A DNA stretch of 63,375 bases, filler included, from Octopus bimaculoides (GCF_001194135.2; 4 parts of 4 records of this genome joined end to end with filler, not necessarily neighbours in it); one strand, 5' to 3'. Positions 26,555-41,017 are shown, numbered from the whole stretch's first letter. A program made the numbers and translations. Notes: generated from the letters alone by a model not told the origin.

Positions 26555-26920
26555 TTACATCTAAGCTATGCTAGAGCATCGTCTGGGAGAATTTTTAGCC
26601 GGATGAATCGACCTCATTACTTACTTTTTAAGCATGGTCCTTAGTCTATCGCTTTACTTTTACCAAACCGCTAAGTTACGAGGAGGTAAACACACCAGCA
26701 GAAAGTGTCAACTGGTGGTGGGGAAGAAACGCTGACACAAAGACGCACACACATTCGTATTTACATATATACGACAGGTTTCTTTCAGTTTCCGTCTACT
26801 AAATCCACTCACAAGACTTTGATCGGCCCGACTCAATAGTAGATGACAACCTAGGTGACACGCAATGAGATGGAACACGGAACACGGAACCACGAATTTG
26901 GGAAACGAGCCACATCTGCT
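26555..26920 (-). mobile_element. tRNA-derived SINE, family A (diverged)
   Basis: TTTCTTTCAGTTTCCGTCTACTAAATCCACTCACAAGACTTTGATCGGCCCGA matches family A reverse complement. Confidence 0.8.
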
Positions 26921-27326
26921 CGCATAATGAATGTCTTATACTTACCTATTGATGTTAATGATTATTTGTTCGATATATCATTATGCACACCTATTTGCGT
27001 AATACACATTACAGCAACAGAACGCGGAAATCTTGTGATACCTTAACAATATTTCCACGAACACATTAATACATGCCCAAATACGTGTGGCTACGAATAT
27101 GCAACATCATTTATACAGGATATAATTGAGATAACGTTATGTCAACGTGCTTGTCTGTGTCATATCTTTATTAGAGAGTCAGGTTATACATTTCTAGTTG
27201 CTAACTAATGCTCTACAGAAGTATTCCCATCCTGATTAAAAGGATGATTTTATCATACTGGAATAGTTCCGATATGCAGCTATTATTCACTTATACCCCC
27301 ACTGTTCTCAACCACCTGAAATATAG

Positions 27327-27421
<95 letters not shown>

Positions 27422-28106
27422 TGTGTACATATATGTATGTATATGCATATGTACATGTATATCTACCTATATATATATATATTTGCACTTACACACACAT
27501 ACACAAACACACACACAAATATATATCATTTTGAACGTAACAATACTTGCGTTTGTGTATATTTGTGTATCTAATAACATACGGATACATATACGATATG
27601 TAAGAAGAGAAAGAAAGAAATAAACGCTAAAACTAAATTCTGGTTGAAAACACGTTCTAATATTATATCGAAATCTCTTGTAACATATTTTCAATGCAAT
27701 CATATATAAAGATGTACATGTTGCCTGTCATCATATTTTTAATTCAGATGCTATATCATTCAATCATTTCCTTTTTTATATTGAAATTTCAGATATATTA
27801 CATGACTTAGATTCTCTTGCTTCCGTGTCGAGATTTCTTGCATGTGAGATTCAAAACAACTCATGGCTGCGATGGCAAACATTAAAGGAAATCTAGTTTC
27901 CTCCAGTAAGCATCATTAATGATCAAGCAAATATAACATGCAGAGAGCAATCATTATCAAAAATATGCTTCTCAACGATTATTGATGTTGTGTATCATGC
28001 ATTGACATGTATTTATGTTATCCACATTTCATCAATCTTGCGCAAGGAGCTATTAGTTGGCATAGGAATAATGCAATAAAATATTTCCCTGATAGCTGTT
28101 CTCTTT

Positions 28107-28175
<69 letters not shown>

Positions 28176-28924
28176 GTATTTATCTCTGTATGTATTTATT
28201 TATCTCTATCACTTTACCTCTCTCCCTTTCTCCCTCTTTCTGTCTCTGTATACGTCTATATAAAAGTATGCACAATCACGCACACAAGCACACATACACA
28301 TTCATACACAAATACAAACACACACTTACATGGCCATAGATCCAACTTACCACATAACTGCCGAAATTGTCCTTGCACATTGTCAATCGCATTTCTAATT
28401 TTCCATCCATGACCTCCCAGATGGTTACTCCGCTCTGCTGATTTGAACAGTGCGCTTCCAACTGTCAAATCTATTCCATCGCCATTGAACTTTCAGGAGA
28501 TGGAATGACAAATGAAATTAGAGGTCATCTTCATGAGACATGTTTACATCATTGCACTAGAATGATAACCAATGGGACGGCATAAGCACCGCTCTCTACG
28601 TCAACGTTTTATGTACCAAGTAACAGCCCGAAGTGAGACGACTTGTAATCAAGTGAAAAGCATTTCAAGAAGATAGCTAAGGTGGTGTTCATTTCCATAG
28701 TAATTCACTTATAGCTGGGAACCTGACTGTTATTACCAATCTGGGTCAGTGTAGCCGTGAAAGCTATACTGGTAAGACGTGGTCCCACAGTCCTCTAAAT
28801 CTGGGACTGCCACATCAGTGCTTTACTACATTAAGTTTTTTTTCCCTATGCATGGGTGAAGTTCGTTCTGATAGTGAAATGATAGCCGTGTTCTAATGTG
28901 TATTCCGAATCTTCTACTAAGATG

Positions 28925-29340
28925 ATACAAATCAAACAGTTGGCCCTTCCACACTTTTTAACTGTTGGTGTTGTGGTTTTATTGGGTGCAGTTTAGCCTG
29001 GATTAAAATCTTCTTTAAGGATTTTGGTTGCCGTTTACTTTTTATGATGGTGTACGTTTGGTGGATTCGGTTCATGTTTGGGATGCAACAGGAAATATAT
29101 AGGCCATACAAGAAACAGCCTACGAAAAAGGATGGTAGTACATAAATCATAAATTAGGAATCCTGAATGCAGGAAAATACCTGTCAGCGGCCACATAGAC
29201 AGATGTAAACCAAATAAAAATCCAAAGTTTACAACCTTCCCACTTTACCAATTCAATGACAACGCAACCTTCACCGAACGTCAAAACAAAGAGCTTCATT
29301 TTATTAGAAAATTCGGACCGGCTGAAACACCCTGGTCCAG
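28925..29340. mobile_element. Penelope-like fragment with 5' inversion (minus 28925-29100, plus 29155-29340)
   Basis: Minus: IIKSKRQPKSLKKILIQAKL...KKCGRANCLIC. Plus: PECRKIPVSGHIDRCKPNKNPKFTTFPLYQFNDN...NKELHFIRKFGP. Both match the element at 1354-3490. Confidence 0.8.
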
Positions 29341-29482
29341 GAACATTAAAACCATATATTGGTTATCGAAAAAGAAGGGGGAAAAAAATCAGAGAATTCT
29401 ACAACTCCACCACCGCAGCCACGATAACTACTACTACTACTACCACTACTACTAATACTACTACTGCGAACAACGGTCCCTG

Positions 29483-29537
<55 letters not shown>

Positions 29538-29835
29538 AGCCAACGATTCAAGTCAACGCACAAGACAGCCATTATGTCCCCACACATAAAACGCATCCAC
29601 GTGGACTGTGTTGACACCAGTAAGAAACAATTATGAACTTTTATTTTAATTACAATTCTTTTTTAAATATGTATTTTTGATAAGGTTCGTTTTATCAGGA
29701 ACTGAAACATGTAAAATATCTCTGGGAAATTTAAAATTTATCGTATATAGTGGCGTTTTCAAACTTCTTTTTTTTTAAATATATACCTGCTCGTTTGCCA
29801 CCTACACTTTTTATTCATATATATATATATATATA

Positions 29836-29926
29836 CTAGCAGAAATACCCGGCGTTGCCCGGGTTAAAGAGAATAATGAAATCTAAAAACGCCGTCTAGA
29901 CTACGCATCATCTTTATATATAGAGA
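29836..29926 (-). mobile_element. 91-bp non-autonomous Helitron
   Basis: Minus strand A|TCTCTATATATAAAG ... CCCGGGCAACGCCGGG hairpin, 8 nt, CTAG|T. Canonical TC start, subterminal hairpin, CTAG end, AT target, no TSD. Confidence 0.8.
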
Positions 29927-30099
29927 TGTATATACACACACGCACCCAAACACACGTATATGTATGTATATCAATATAAATATATGAAAGTCAATTAAGT
30001 TTCGTAAAAGAAGGTGATCATGTACATACTTTCTTGCTGTTGTGATTATAACACCTCATTGTAAACTATGTTCCTTGTTTTCCCTTGTGGAGCATATAC

Positions 30100-30199
30100 N
30101 NNNNNNNNNNNNNNNNNNNNNNNNNNNNNNNNNNNNNNNNNNNTTAATTAATTAANNNNNNNNNNNNNNNNNNNNNNNNNNNNNNNNNNNNNNNNNNNN
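30100..30199. other. Artificial contig/scaffold spacer
   Basis: 44 N + TTAATTAATTAA + 44 N. Confidence 0.95.
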
Positions 30200-30340
30200 A
30201 AATAAACATACACAAACATATACAATCACTCAAATATATAAATATATTTTACACAAAGACATACACACACACACACAAACATTCACATTCCCCCCTTTTA
30301 CACGCACACACACAGACACACACACACACACACACACACA

Positions 30341-30374
<34 letters not shown>

Positions 30375-30379
<5 letters not shown>

Positions 30380-31130
30380 TCACACAGAGTTGAAGCGCTG
30401 TTTGATTTTTGTTTCACCGTTGACTTTTCACCATCCCATTTCCATCAGTGGAACACCCCTTCCTTCCTCATTCATACGTTGTGACGGAAAAACACACAGT
30501 GAGTATTATTATAGTAGATTATTATAGTTGAAGATACACGACACTCTCTTTGCCACTTCCTCTCTCTCATTGCTATTACTTTTTCTAACTTCCTCTCAGT
30601 CATGGCTACAGCTTACACTACTACTCCTTCACTGAATTGCTATTTTCTCTCCTCTCCCTTCACCATTTACTCCTATGCCTGATTTGGGACAAATATATAT
30701 ATATATATATATATAATGACTACGTTCATTATTATATTAGAAGATAAAGTACAAAATAAGGTACATAATAATCACACGTACAAACATTCACATTCTTCAC
30801 TTGTACACATACACACACATATATACTCACACAGAGTTGATACGCTATTTGATTTTCTTTTGTTCACCATACCCCCACACACACACATACACACACACAC
30901 ACACACGCACACAAGACGCACACACAAACATTCACATGACTCCCTCTAACATACACACACATATACTTATGCAGAATTGAAACGCAGTTTGATTTTTTTT
31001 CACCGTAGAATTTCCATCATCCCACTACCAAGTGTACCATCACCCCTTCCTTCCTTATTCATCTATCACCCCTTCCTTTTTCATTCATATGTTGTGGCGG
31101 AGAAAAACACGAGTATTATTATAGTAGATA
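30375..31130 (+). repeat. Three diverged local copies of a unit interleaved with (CA)n
   Basis: ATATACTCACACAGAGTTGA...TTTGATTTT...CACC at ~30375, ~30821 and ~30961. First and third copies both end GAGTATTATTATAGTAGAT. Confidence 0.75.
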
Positions 31131-32567
31131 TATAATTAGAATTCAAAGTTAAAGAACTAAGTTTTCGAAAGTAGGCGTTAAATACAGTATCCAAACCTTG
31201 TTTCAGGGTAAGTCCCAGGTAGTGTGTCTGCAAAGCACGTTCACCACTTATGGCTATCAGGCGTCATCAGCGATACTTTCGATTCATCGTTGGATCTACG
31301 TCCAGAAATTCCAGGGTACACGTAGAGTGTATTTTAAAGATTAATGGAGAAGATGTATAACAAAAGCATTTATTAGCACAACTGTTTCGGCTTCAAGTTG
31401 CACTGCTCCCCTGCAATAACACCAGATGGAACGCACAGTGCAAAAGAGTCTCTTCAAGTGGCATAATATGCTTATGAGTTCACAGATTTACATTTCGATT
31501 TCGCTTCATGGTAATTGGTGGTATTGAGAGATTCTAGCAGTTCGGATGCATTTTGCTATGGAGTGGAGAGGGGGCTTGGTAAGGAAGAAAATACACGAAT
31601 AAAAGCACAAAGAGAGACTTAGAAATATTAATACTTCTATTTTTGAAAACCAGTGGAGGTATTCCACTGAATTTAGGTAAATAATCCTTCGAACAGACGG
31701 TCAGTAGCGACACCTGCTCGGTTCGGTTGCTCTACATTGATAAAGGGCAAATACCCTGAAACTAGTCTGTAGATGCCAGACCAGCAAGGGGAAGCGGCTG
31801 TGTTCGAAGGTTATAATGGACACAGGTTCGTGTGTCACATAGCTAGCTAGAGACGAAGGCCTCTTGGAGCTAATCAACGGCAGCATTCGTCCTATTTTTT
31901 GGACTGCCTTGTTAGCTTGGCGATAACTATTAACATCCAGTGCTGCTGCCGTAGTCTCCTTTGGAGAGACTTAGAAATATTAATATTTCTATTTTTGAAA
32001 AGCACAAATCATTGTACATGAATCGGGTGGAGTGTTAATACTTGTGGTCATAGTGTTATTGCTAAAAGTTTAAAAAAATGAAAATAAAACTAAGAAAATA
32101 TAAAGAATTTAAAGATGCACCCGTGTGCAGGCATGTGTATAGTTGTGTGGTGGTATATATATACATATGTATACGATTGTGTGTCGGTATGTGCGCACAT
32201 GCACGTGTGGCTGCAAGTGCCTGCGTGCATGTGTCTGTATATGTATGTGCCTGTGTGTGCGCATCTACGCATACGTATACAGGATATAGGCTTGTGGGAT
32301 CTTTTCTGTTTGGCTGCCAAGATTTCAAAAATCAAAGTATATAGAAAATTTTAAAATTTGGTACATTAAAGTAGTTTTACAAACTGAATTGCTGGAGTAA
32401 TTTCACTTTTCCAGATTAACCAATAAAAGTATTTCATTACACTAAATATGTAATCAATTCGAACAGAAGTTAACTTTGACAGCCAAACATTAAAGATCCG
32501 GTTTGCGTTTGTGTGTCTGTACGTGCGTGTGTACAAGTGTGGGCGTCTTTGTACCCGTGTATGTGTG

Positions 32568-32610
<43 letters not shown>

Positions 32611-33162
32611 GCTGGTCGGTGCGTGTGTGGGTATGGAGGCATGACTCAGGACGCTCGAACACTGACGCCAATCTATATACAAGCGTGCCTATGTCTATGT
32701 GTATGAGAGGAAATGGATGTCTGTGCCTATTAGTAGGATGAATGACGTATGTGGGTACGTATCTATGTGTATACGTGCACGCGCGTGCGGATGGGCGGAC
32801 ACACGTACGTGTGAATGTATACAGGCGTGCGCGCACAATTATACTTATGAATGTGTGTGCATGTGTTTAAACATTCGCAGCCACAAGGTCAAAAAGCCTG
32901 AATCTGACCATGGCGTCTTGCTTGACTGCCATAGTCACCAGAAATCAAAGGCTTGCTTACACTGGGCCGCTCAAACTAATGCTCCTCCTTATACACTAAA
33001 TTGTAGTGGCGTGGAGAGCGGAGGCTGGTATGCATGGGCGGTTGGTGGTCTCCCATAAACAACCTTGCCCGGACTTGCGCCTCGGAGCAGATTTTTCTAG
33101 GTGCAATCCCATGGTCATTCATGACCGAGGGGGGGATATCTTCATCCTTTTACCTTTATATA

Positions 33163-34049
33163 TAGAGTGCGATGGGTAAATTGTCGTCATTTTATAGATT
33201 TAATTCTGCGCATCCGCATTGTTTGTTTTTTGATTTCGTCGACTACACAGTATAGTAGGGTCACTTGGGCACCGTCTGTGAGAAAAACAGTACCATGACG
33301 CAATTCATACTGTTAGAAATTTGGAAACGACATGCTGTACTGCTTGGAATTTGCACCGGAATCACCAATACGAACATTTCATAGTGTTTAGGTGTCAATC
33401 GGAGGACAGTGCAATCTGAGGACATATACCGAGAGTGGTGAAAATCAAACATTCAGTCAACATCATGGTATTTGGAGTGACCACTAGTGATGGCGACGCT
33501 ATGCCTCCATTCATCTTCCCACACGGCCTCAGACTCAACACGGAGGCCTACATCAAGTGCCTGGAGGATGTAGTGCTGCCCTGGGTCAAGAGGGTGGCTG
33601 CTGGAAGACCCTATTCTGGCAGTAGGACACTGCGCCATGTCACACAAGCAGGAGAACCAAGTCATGGCTGTCAGACAATTTCTGCGACCACATCACTCCA
33701 AACATCTGGCTACCTAACTCCCCAGATTGCACCCCCTTGATTATTATGTGTGGAGCGCAGTTGAGCGAGAGACCAACAAAATTTCTTGTAACACCAAAGA
33801 TGAACTAAAGGCAAGAATTATGGCAGCATTCACAAACATAACATGTAGACCGTCCAAAAGAGTTGCAGGAGATTCCGAAGTCATCTCGGGGTCGTGGTTG
33901 AAGCCAATGGCGATTTTATTGAATAAATTTACTCTTTAGTATTTCAAGATATTTTTATGTAATTTTGGTAAATATATCTGTTAAAATGAGATGTCAGTGT
34001 TATTTTCATTTTTGAGTAAATTAGACGACAATCAACACATCGCACCCTG
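33163..34049 (+). mobile_element. Internally deleted Tc1/mariner element of the maT (DD37D)-like group
   Basis: IMVFGVTTSDGDAMPPFIFPHGLRLNTEAYIKCLEDVVLPWVKRVAAGRPY, D.APCHTSRRT..WLSDNF, WLPNSPDC.PLDYYVWSAVERETN. Imperfect TIRs TAGAGTGCGATG...TTGTCGTC (33163) and GACGACAA...CATCGCACCCTG (34049). Confidence 0.85.
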
Positions 34050-34874
34050 TGTGTGTGCGCGTGTGTGTACAACGCCCTTCCACACAGTTTCCATCTATCA
34101 AATTCACTCACACGTCTGTGGTCGGGGCTATTGAAGAGGTCACTCGCCCAAAGTACTGGCAGGGTGATTGAATCCGAAACCAAGTGTTTACAAATCGAGC
34201 TTAACCACACAACACACGCGTGCGCACATATATGTATCACATGCCATATATCATATATTATATAAACCAGACAAGAATATATTGGTTTAATCTGCGTTTA
34301 ATTTAATTTTGTTGGGTGGGAACCAGCTGAGAATGTAATCCGTGTAAACTGATACTATGATGCGACGTATGCATGTGGAAAGCTTAATAGGGTGATATAA
34401 ATAAATTGTATTGTCTGTGAAATCCGGTGTTTAACCTGTAACAGTCAATATTATTTGATAATTGAGTGATGTATAAATAAGGAACAGTATACAGAACCCT
34501 GTGATAAACTGCAAGCATACATATATGCATGCATATATATAATATACATACACACACAAACATTTGCACAAAAACCTAGAAATACTCGGTTACACGGATA
34601 AAGAGCAAAAGAACCTGGTGCGAATTCTCCGAATCCAACCTATTTGTGGCAGAGTGAAGATGTGAAGATTTGTCAAACAATCCAAATATTCTCCATCTGA
34701 GATTCTTATGGGTATAGATGCTCACACTTGGGCGTATGCGTCGACAGTTCAACCAACTCAACTACTTATTGATAAACACCGGGAACTCTCTAAACTCAAA
34801 ACGCCTTGTTCCTCTTTTAGCGACCGGTTTGAACTCTCTCAAAAAGAAATTAAATTAAACTCAAAGAAAAATCA

Positions 34875-35320
34875 TGCACGCACACGCATGCGCGCATGCA
34901 TGCGCGCATGCATGCACACATACATGCACATATGCATAGATGCATACATACATGCATACACACATATATGCATACATACACGCATGTACATACATACATA
35001 CATACATACATGCATACATACGTACATACATACAAGCATTCATACATGCATGTACATACATGCATACATGCATACATCCATCCATGTACATATATACATG
35101 CATACATGCATGTACATACATACATACATACACACATACATACATACATACATACATTCATACATACGTACGTACATACATACGTACGTACATACATACA
35201 TACATACATACCTACATACCTGCATACATACATACATACGTACATACATACATACATACACATATATACATACATACCTACATACCTACATACATACATA
35301 CATACATACATATATACGAA
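34875..35320. repeat. (ATAC/ATGC)n tetranucleotide low-complexity tract
   Basis: Direct inspection. Source of the YIHT/MYVC artefact ORFs. Confidence 0.95.
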
Positions 35321-35607
35321 CATAATGAACAAATCTAATCACAGAAGCTATCAAATGCACCGTCAGGATTTGTAAAATACTCAAAAGGTTTAGCATGTAG
35401 GCCTGTATATCTGGTATGCAATGACATCTATACCTGCATCCATACGTGCATATGTACATACTAATGAAAATGTATGCATATGTACATGCATGAGTGCAAA
35501 TAAACAATGAAAGGGTTTCGATTCTAGGCTAGAGCCTGTGTTTTTATTTCTCCATTAGTTAAATAATTCGAAAAATAAAATCAGGAAAACTAACGCGCGC
35601 GCGCGTA

Positions 35608-35655
<48 letters not shown>

Positions 35656-36308
35656 TATGTGTATACACAATGTGTGCGTATGTACATGTGTGTGTATATG
35701 TGTGCGTATATACATTATGTGTTAATATAAGTTTTTAAGTTTTATTTAATAAAGTGATTGTTTTAAATTGCACGCGCGCGCGCGCACACACATAAACAGA
35801 TACACACATACACACATATACACAGACACATACAAAAACACACATACACACATATAAACATACACATACAAACACGCACACATACTCACAGACACCTACG
35901 TACATACATACACACAGACACATGCATGCACATGTAGAAAGAAAAATACGAAGAATAAAGCGAAAAATATTTAAAACCCAACAAAATAAAATTATGATAG
36001 AATTTGAAATTATTCTGGTGATGAGGAATCAATAAAAGAAAGCCTTGTCTTAACAATCATTTGAAATTTAATGGAAGAAATATCGATCCGTTATTGATCT
36101 TATTATGTTATTAATATCGGTCATTGAACCGAGATCATGCTGGGTCTCCGCCTTGATGCAGAGAGAAAATTAATAATATCAACCCTAATATATCTTTGGT
36201 ACTTATCGAACCAACGAGGGAGCCTGAACGTAATCACGAGGTTTGCTCGAAATAGCAGCCAAATTCTTTCAAAGAACAAATGAAATCATTTTATCATTGA
36301 TAGGATTC

Positions 36309-38246
36309 TGATATTGATTTCAAATTTTGGCACAAGGCCAGCAATTTCGGGGAGAGGGAATTAATTGATTACATTGACTCCAGTGCTCAACTGGTTCTTA
36401 TTTTTATCGACCTCGAATGGATGAAAAGCAAAGTCAGCCTCAGAACGCAAGGATGGACGAAATGTTACTAAACATCTTGCCCGGTGTGCTAACGATTCTG
36501 CCAACTTGCCGCGTTGACAGGATTCTAATCTCCTTTTCTACTCTAGGTACAAGGCCCGAAATTTTGGGCGAGGGGGCCAGTCGATTATATCGACCCAGTA
36601 CGCAACTGGTACTTAATTTATCAACCCCCAAAAGGATAAAAGGTAAAGTCGGAATTTGAACTCAGAACATAAAGACAAACGAAATACCGCCCGTTGTGCT
36701 AACGTTTCTACTAATTCGCCACTTGATAGGATTCTAATATTAAATAAAATGTTAGGTCGGCGAACTAGCAGAGTCGATAGCATGCCGGGAAAAATCCTTA
36801 GCGGCATTCCGTCTGTCTTTACATTCTGGGTTCAAATGCCGCCGAGGTCGACTTTACCTTTCAGTATTTCGAGGTCGATAAATCATGTACCAGTTGCGTA
36901 TTAGGGTCGATCTAATCGACTTCCACCGAAATTGCTGGCCTTGTGCCAAAACTTGAAACCAATATTAATTAAAGTGTCAAACACGTGTGATATGCAAATT
37001 AGTAAACCCAGTTCTGAGAAGCTACTACATTTGATGTGTATATAAACTGCTTGGCGACTAGTTTCTGCTTGTCTCTCAAAGAATAGCCAAATGATCTAGG
37101 GTCTATTCTAGACACCTTTAACGTGACCCCTAACAAGGGTCGAAAATTGATTATGGCTGTTCATTCTTTAATCAGCGGGGAAGTGGTAAATTTGAAATGT
37201 TTCTCTTCTGTAAGGTTTACATATACAATAGAAAGGGGTGATCACGGCTGGAGTGTCTTTAATCAAACGTATACTCAGTGTTCACCTGAGAATACACTAG
37301 AAAAATTGTCATGTACTTTATCGAATTCGGACGGGTGAATGGTAGAAGTGACCTGGGTGGGAATTAGAAATTACATCTGAGCAGAAGGACACAGTTTGTG
37401 TGTGTGTGTGTGTGTTTTGTGATAATGTATTATGTGTGTGTTGTGTGTGTATGTGTGTGTGTGTGTGTGTATTGTATGTGTGAATACGTGTGTGTGTATG
37501 TATATGTGTGCGTGCATGTGTGTGCGTGTGCGTATGTGTGTGTTTGTGTTTGTGTATGTGTGTGTGAAAGTGTGTGTGTATGTATGTTTGTGTGTGTGTG
37601 TGTTTGTGTGAAGGTGTGGGAATATAAAGGCTTAACTCAACTTCAGCACTTGATTGGCATTTTTTTTTATCGATCCAGAAAGACGAAAGGTGAAATAGGG
37701 CGAAATTCGAATTCAGACTGTAAAAGCGGTAAGAAATGCAGTATAAGTATTTTGTCCGACGCCCTATGGATTCTGCTTGCTCACCACATTAATAGCAACA
37801 ATGATAATTCTTTCTACGTCACAAGGTCTGAAAATTTGGGAAAGAAGCGGAGAGTCGATTACATTAACCTTGGTGCCCAAATTGTACTTATTTTATCGAC
37901 TCCGAAAGGATGAAAGGCGAAATTTGAACTCAGAACGTAAAGCCAGATGAAATGCAGCTTAGCAATTTGTCCGGTGTGCTAACCATTCTGCCGGCTCCTC
38001 GCCTTACTACTACTACTACTACTACTACTAATAATAATAATAATAATAATAATAATGCAAGTTTAGGGAGGGGGTCAGTCTATTACATCGACCCCAGAGT
38101 TTCACTGGTACTCACTTTATCGATCCCGAAAGGATGAAAGGCAAAGTCGACCTCGGCGGAATTTGAACTCAGATCTTAAAGACAGATGAAATACCATTAA
38201 GCGTTACTACTACATCTACTGCTACTACTACTACTACTACTACTAC

Positions 38247-38280
<34 letters not shown>

Positions 38281-38710
38281 CCTTTCTACTATAGGCACAA
38301 AGCCTGAAATTTGAGGCTAGTCGATTACATCGATCCCAGTGCTCAACTAGTACTTATTTCATCGACCCTGAAAGGATGAAAGGTAAAGACGACCTCGATG
38401 GAATTTGAACTCAGAATGTAAGGACGGACGAAATGCCGCTGAGCCTTTTTCCTAGCATGCTAATTATTCTACCACCAAAGCAACATGAGACGAAGTGTTT
38501 TGCTCAAGCACACAAAACATCACTTGGTCTAGGAATTAAAACCATGATCTCACGATGGTTTCTAATTTAGGCAGAAGGATAAGAATGTTGAGAAGAGGGA
38601 GTTGCTAGATATTACCGACTCCAGTGCTCGGCTGGTCCTTTATTTTATCAACCACGAAAAGCTCAAAGATATGATTTCAAAATTGAAACACAAAGCCAGC
38701 AATTCCGAAG
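36309..38710. mobile_element. Cluster of about 8 tRNA-derived SINE family B copies, mostly minus strand
   Basis: Repeated GAAAGGATGAAAGGCAAAGTCGACCTCGGCGGAATTTGAACTCAGAAC and reverse complement, with (ACT)n/(AAT)n tails. Confidence 0.88.
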
Positions 38711-39089
38711 GATGAGAAAGTTTATCTAGATCGGTTTATTGGAGAATCTGTTAATTACCATTGCCAAACAATGAACTCAGTGTCTATTATCTTGATGCGT
38801 ATGTAGCTATATCTTAAATTTAGCTGTAACTTTTGACCCTGAAATGTTAACTTCGTATACTCGGTACGTTTTAATGAGGTGAATAAAAGTGCGTTGTGCG
38901 ATTAGATTAGAGTTGATAACGTTTAATGAAGAGCTTGTGGTAGAAAGAAATATTTTCGACAGGGAATTAGAAATCTAGAACAGAGATTAACAAAGTCACC
39001 TCTTTTCAAACTGAGGTACAGAATGACCGCATCGGTGTAATTAGAAAGAAGTGGTCATCACTTCTGAAGCAATACGAAGTGGTGGTAAG

Positions 39090-39420
39090 TAGGGTGGGCT
39101 TTCAGCTCAGCAATTAAAGGGACAAGTCTAAGTTGTCGGCCGACGTTATTTTGTTCGGCCCCTATATTTAGTTGAATTGGAACTAAGACGAGGTTATGAG
39201 TAAGGTGACCAGTCTTATCCAGAAATGGACCGAGAGGTAGGTATCTCTGGAGGATCGAGCCGAGGTGGCAAATGCCTATATCGCCTCCGTCAATATTTAC
39301 TGCATCACCGTCGAGCCATTGCTCAATTACCAGTCGGATCAGACTGGAGTATCTAATCTTCAGTTTCTTGTGAAAGAGATGCGTTCTGTTTGTCTTTTGA
39401 ACAAAAGGGATCGATGAGAG
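39090..39420 (+). mobile_element. Fragment of the same L1/Tx1 family as 21200-25060
   Basis: WTER*VSLEDRAEVANAYIASVNIYCITVEP matches WLSLKGRAEVANILIASLIIYHLTVGP at 21895-22000. Confidence 0.75.
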
Positions 39421-39854
39421 AAATACAGTGTGATGCATTTTCTTATGAAAATGGTAATTAATAATGATGGCAGAAGATTAAGAAACGAGGGATTTAGGGT
39501 TTTGCATGAAAAGGAAAGTTGAAGTTATTTGTTCATGAAATGTCAAGGCTTATCAACGTGCATAAAAACAGCCACTGTACAGAGAATGTCAGCGGATTTC
39601 AAAGACGGAATATTAAAAAAAGAAAAAAAAAAAGAAAGAAAACGGAAAAACAAAAAATCCTTTCTGCTACAGCCGAGCTAATTTTATCATATTATGAAAC
39701 GTTTTACAATTATATTCATGTACTATGTGATATTTTCATTGTAATTCACTCGTCTTATTTGGTTTTTATGCTCTATTTTCAACTACTGCTAGTTTGTTTT
39801 TGTGGACAATAGTTTCTGTTAAAACTTAGCTGCTTCTTTTATGTTGTCACGCAT

Positions 39855-39898
39855 TATTATTATTACTATTATCATCATCATTATTATTATTATTATTA

Positions 39899-39947
<49 letters not shown>

Positions 39948-39960
39948 CATTATTATTATA
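39855..39960. repeat. (TAT)n microsatellite
   Basis: Direct inspection. Confidence 0.95.
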
Positions 39961-40629
39961 CTCATGTATAATGAATGTTTTCGCTGTAAATCACTGTTCT
40001 TGGCTATTTTCCAGATTGACTGGCTTTGTCATCTCTGCTGGTAATCTGTTGTTATAAAATGGCTTCGGATAGAGCGAAAGTTGTTTGTACCGCAGGACTG
40101 TTTTTAAAAATAGTTTTCCTGTTGTCCAAGTTGCGTATTTTGTTCAAGTGTTTTGTTTTTCTACTTTACTCTACCTACAATATTTAAATTAATATTTAAT
40201 ACTTAAATACATTAAAAATTATTTTTACTATTCCTTACTAAAACCTGCGGACGAGTGGTAGTGTCTGTGGGTTTTATAAGCCATCAAATACGATGTATGT
40301 TCTCTTCTGTTTTTAATTATTTGAAGTCTTCCACTAAATAAGGAGCTGGTTTCTAGCAAAGAAATAAAGCTCCATCGTTGGAATGTAGATAATAAGAACC
40401 ATATCACGGGCTATGATGGTATTTCATTTTTAGTACTTTCGTTAACATGTGAAGAAGTGACTAAGTGTAGTCTGTGTACAACAATAGTGCGCTCTTTTGT
40501 GTTCGCTTAAAACTTATTGAAATTTGCACAATTATCAATTTTGATGACACCGGACTTCTATTCATGTTTCAACAATGGTTCTCTGTAGATGCTTCAGCAA
40601 TGGTTCATGTGTACATGCTTCAATAATGG

Positions 40630-40970
<341 letters not shown>

Positions 40971-40976
40971 ATCATT

Positions 40977-41017
<41 letters not shown>

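Noticed and set aside
31190-31275. Minus-strand CTGATGA ... GAAACAAGGTT
   Set aside because: No stem II complementarity next to the core.
40018-40043. 26-nt micro-exon candidate encoding IDWLCHLC
   Set aside because: Too short to distinguish from chance, with no supporting exons in the segment.
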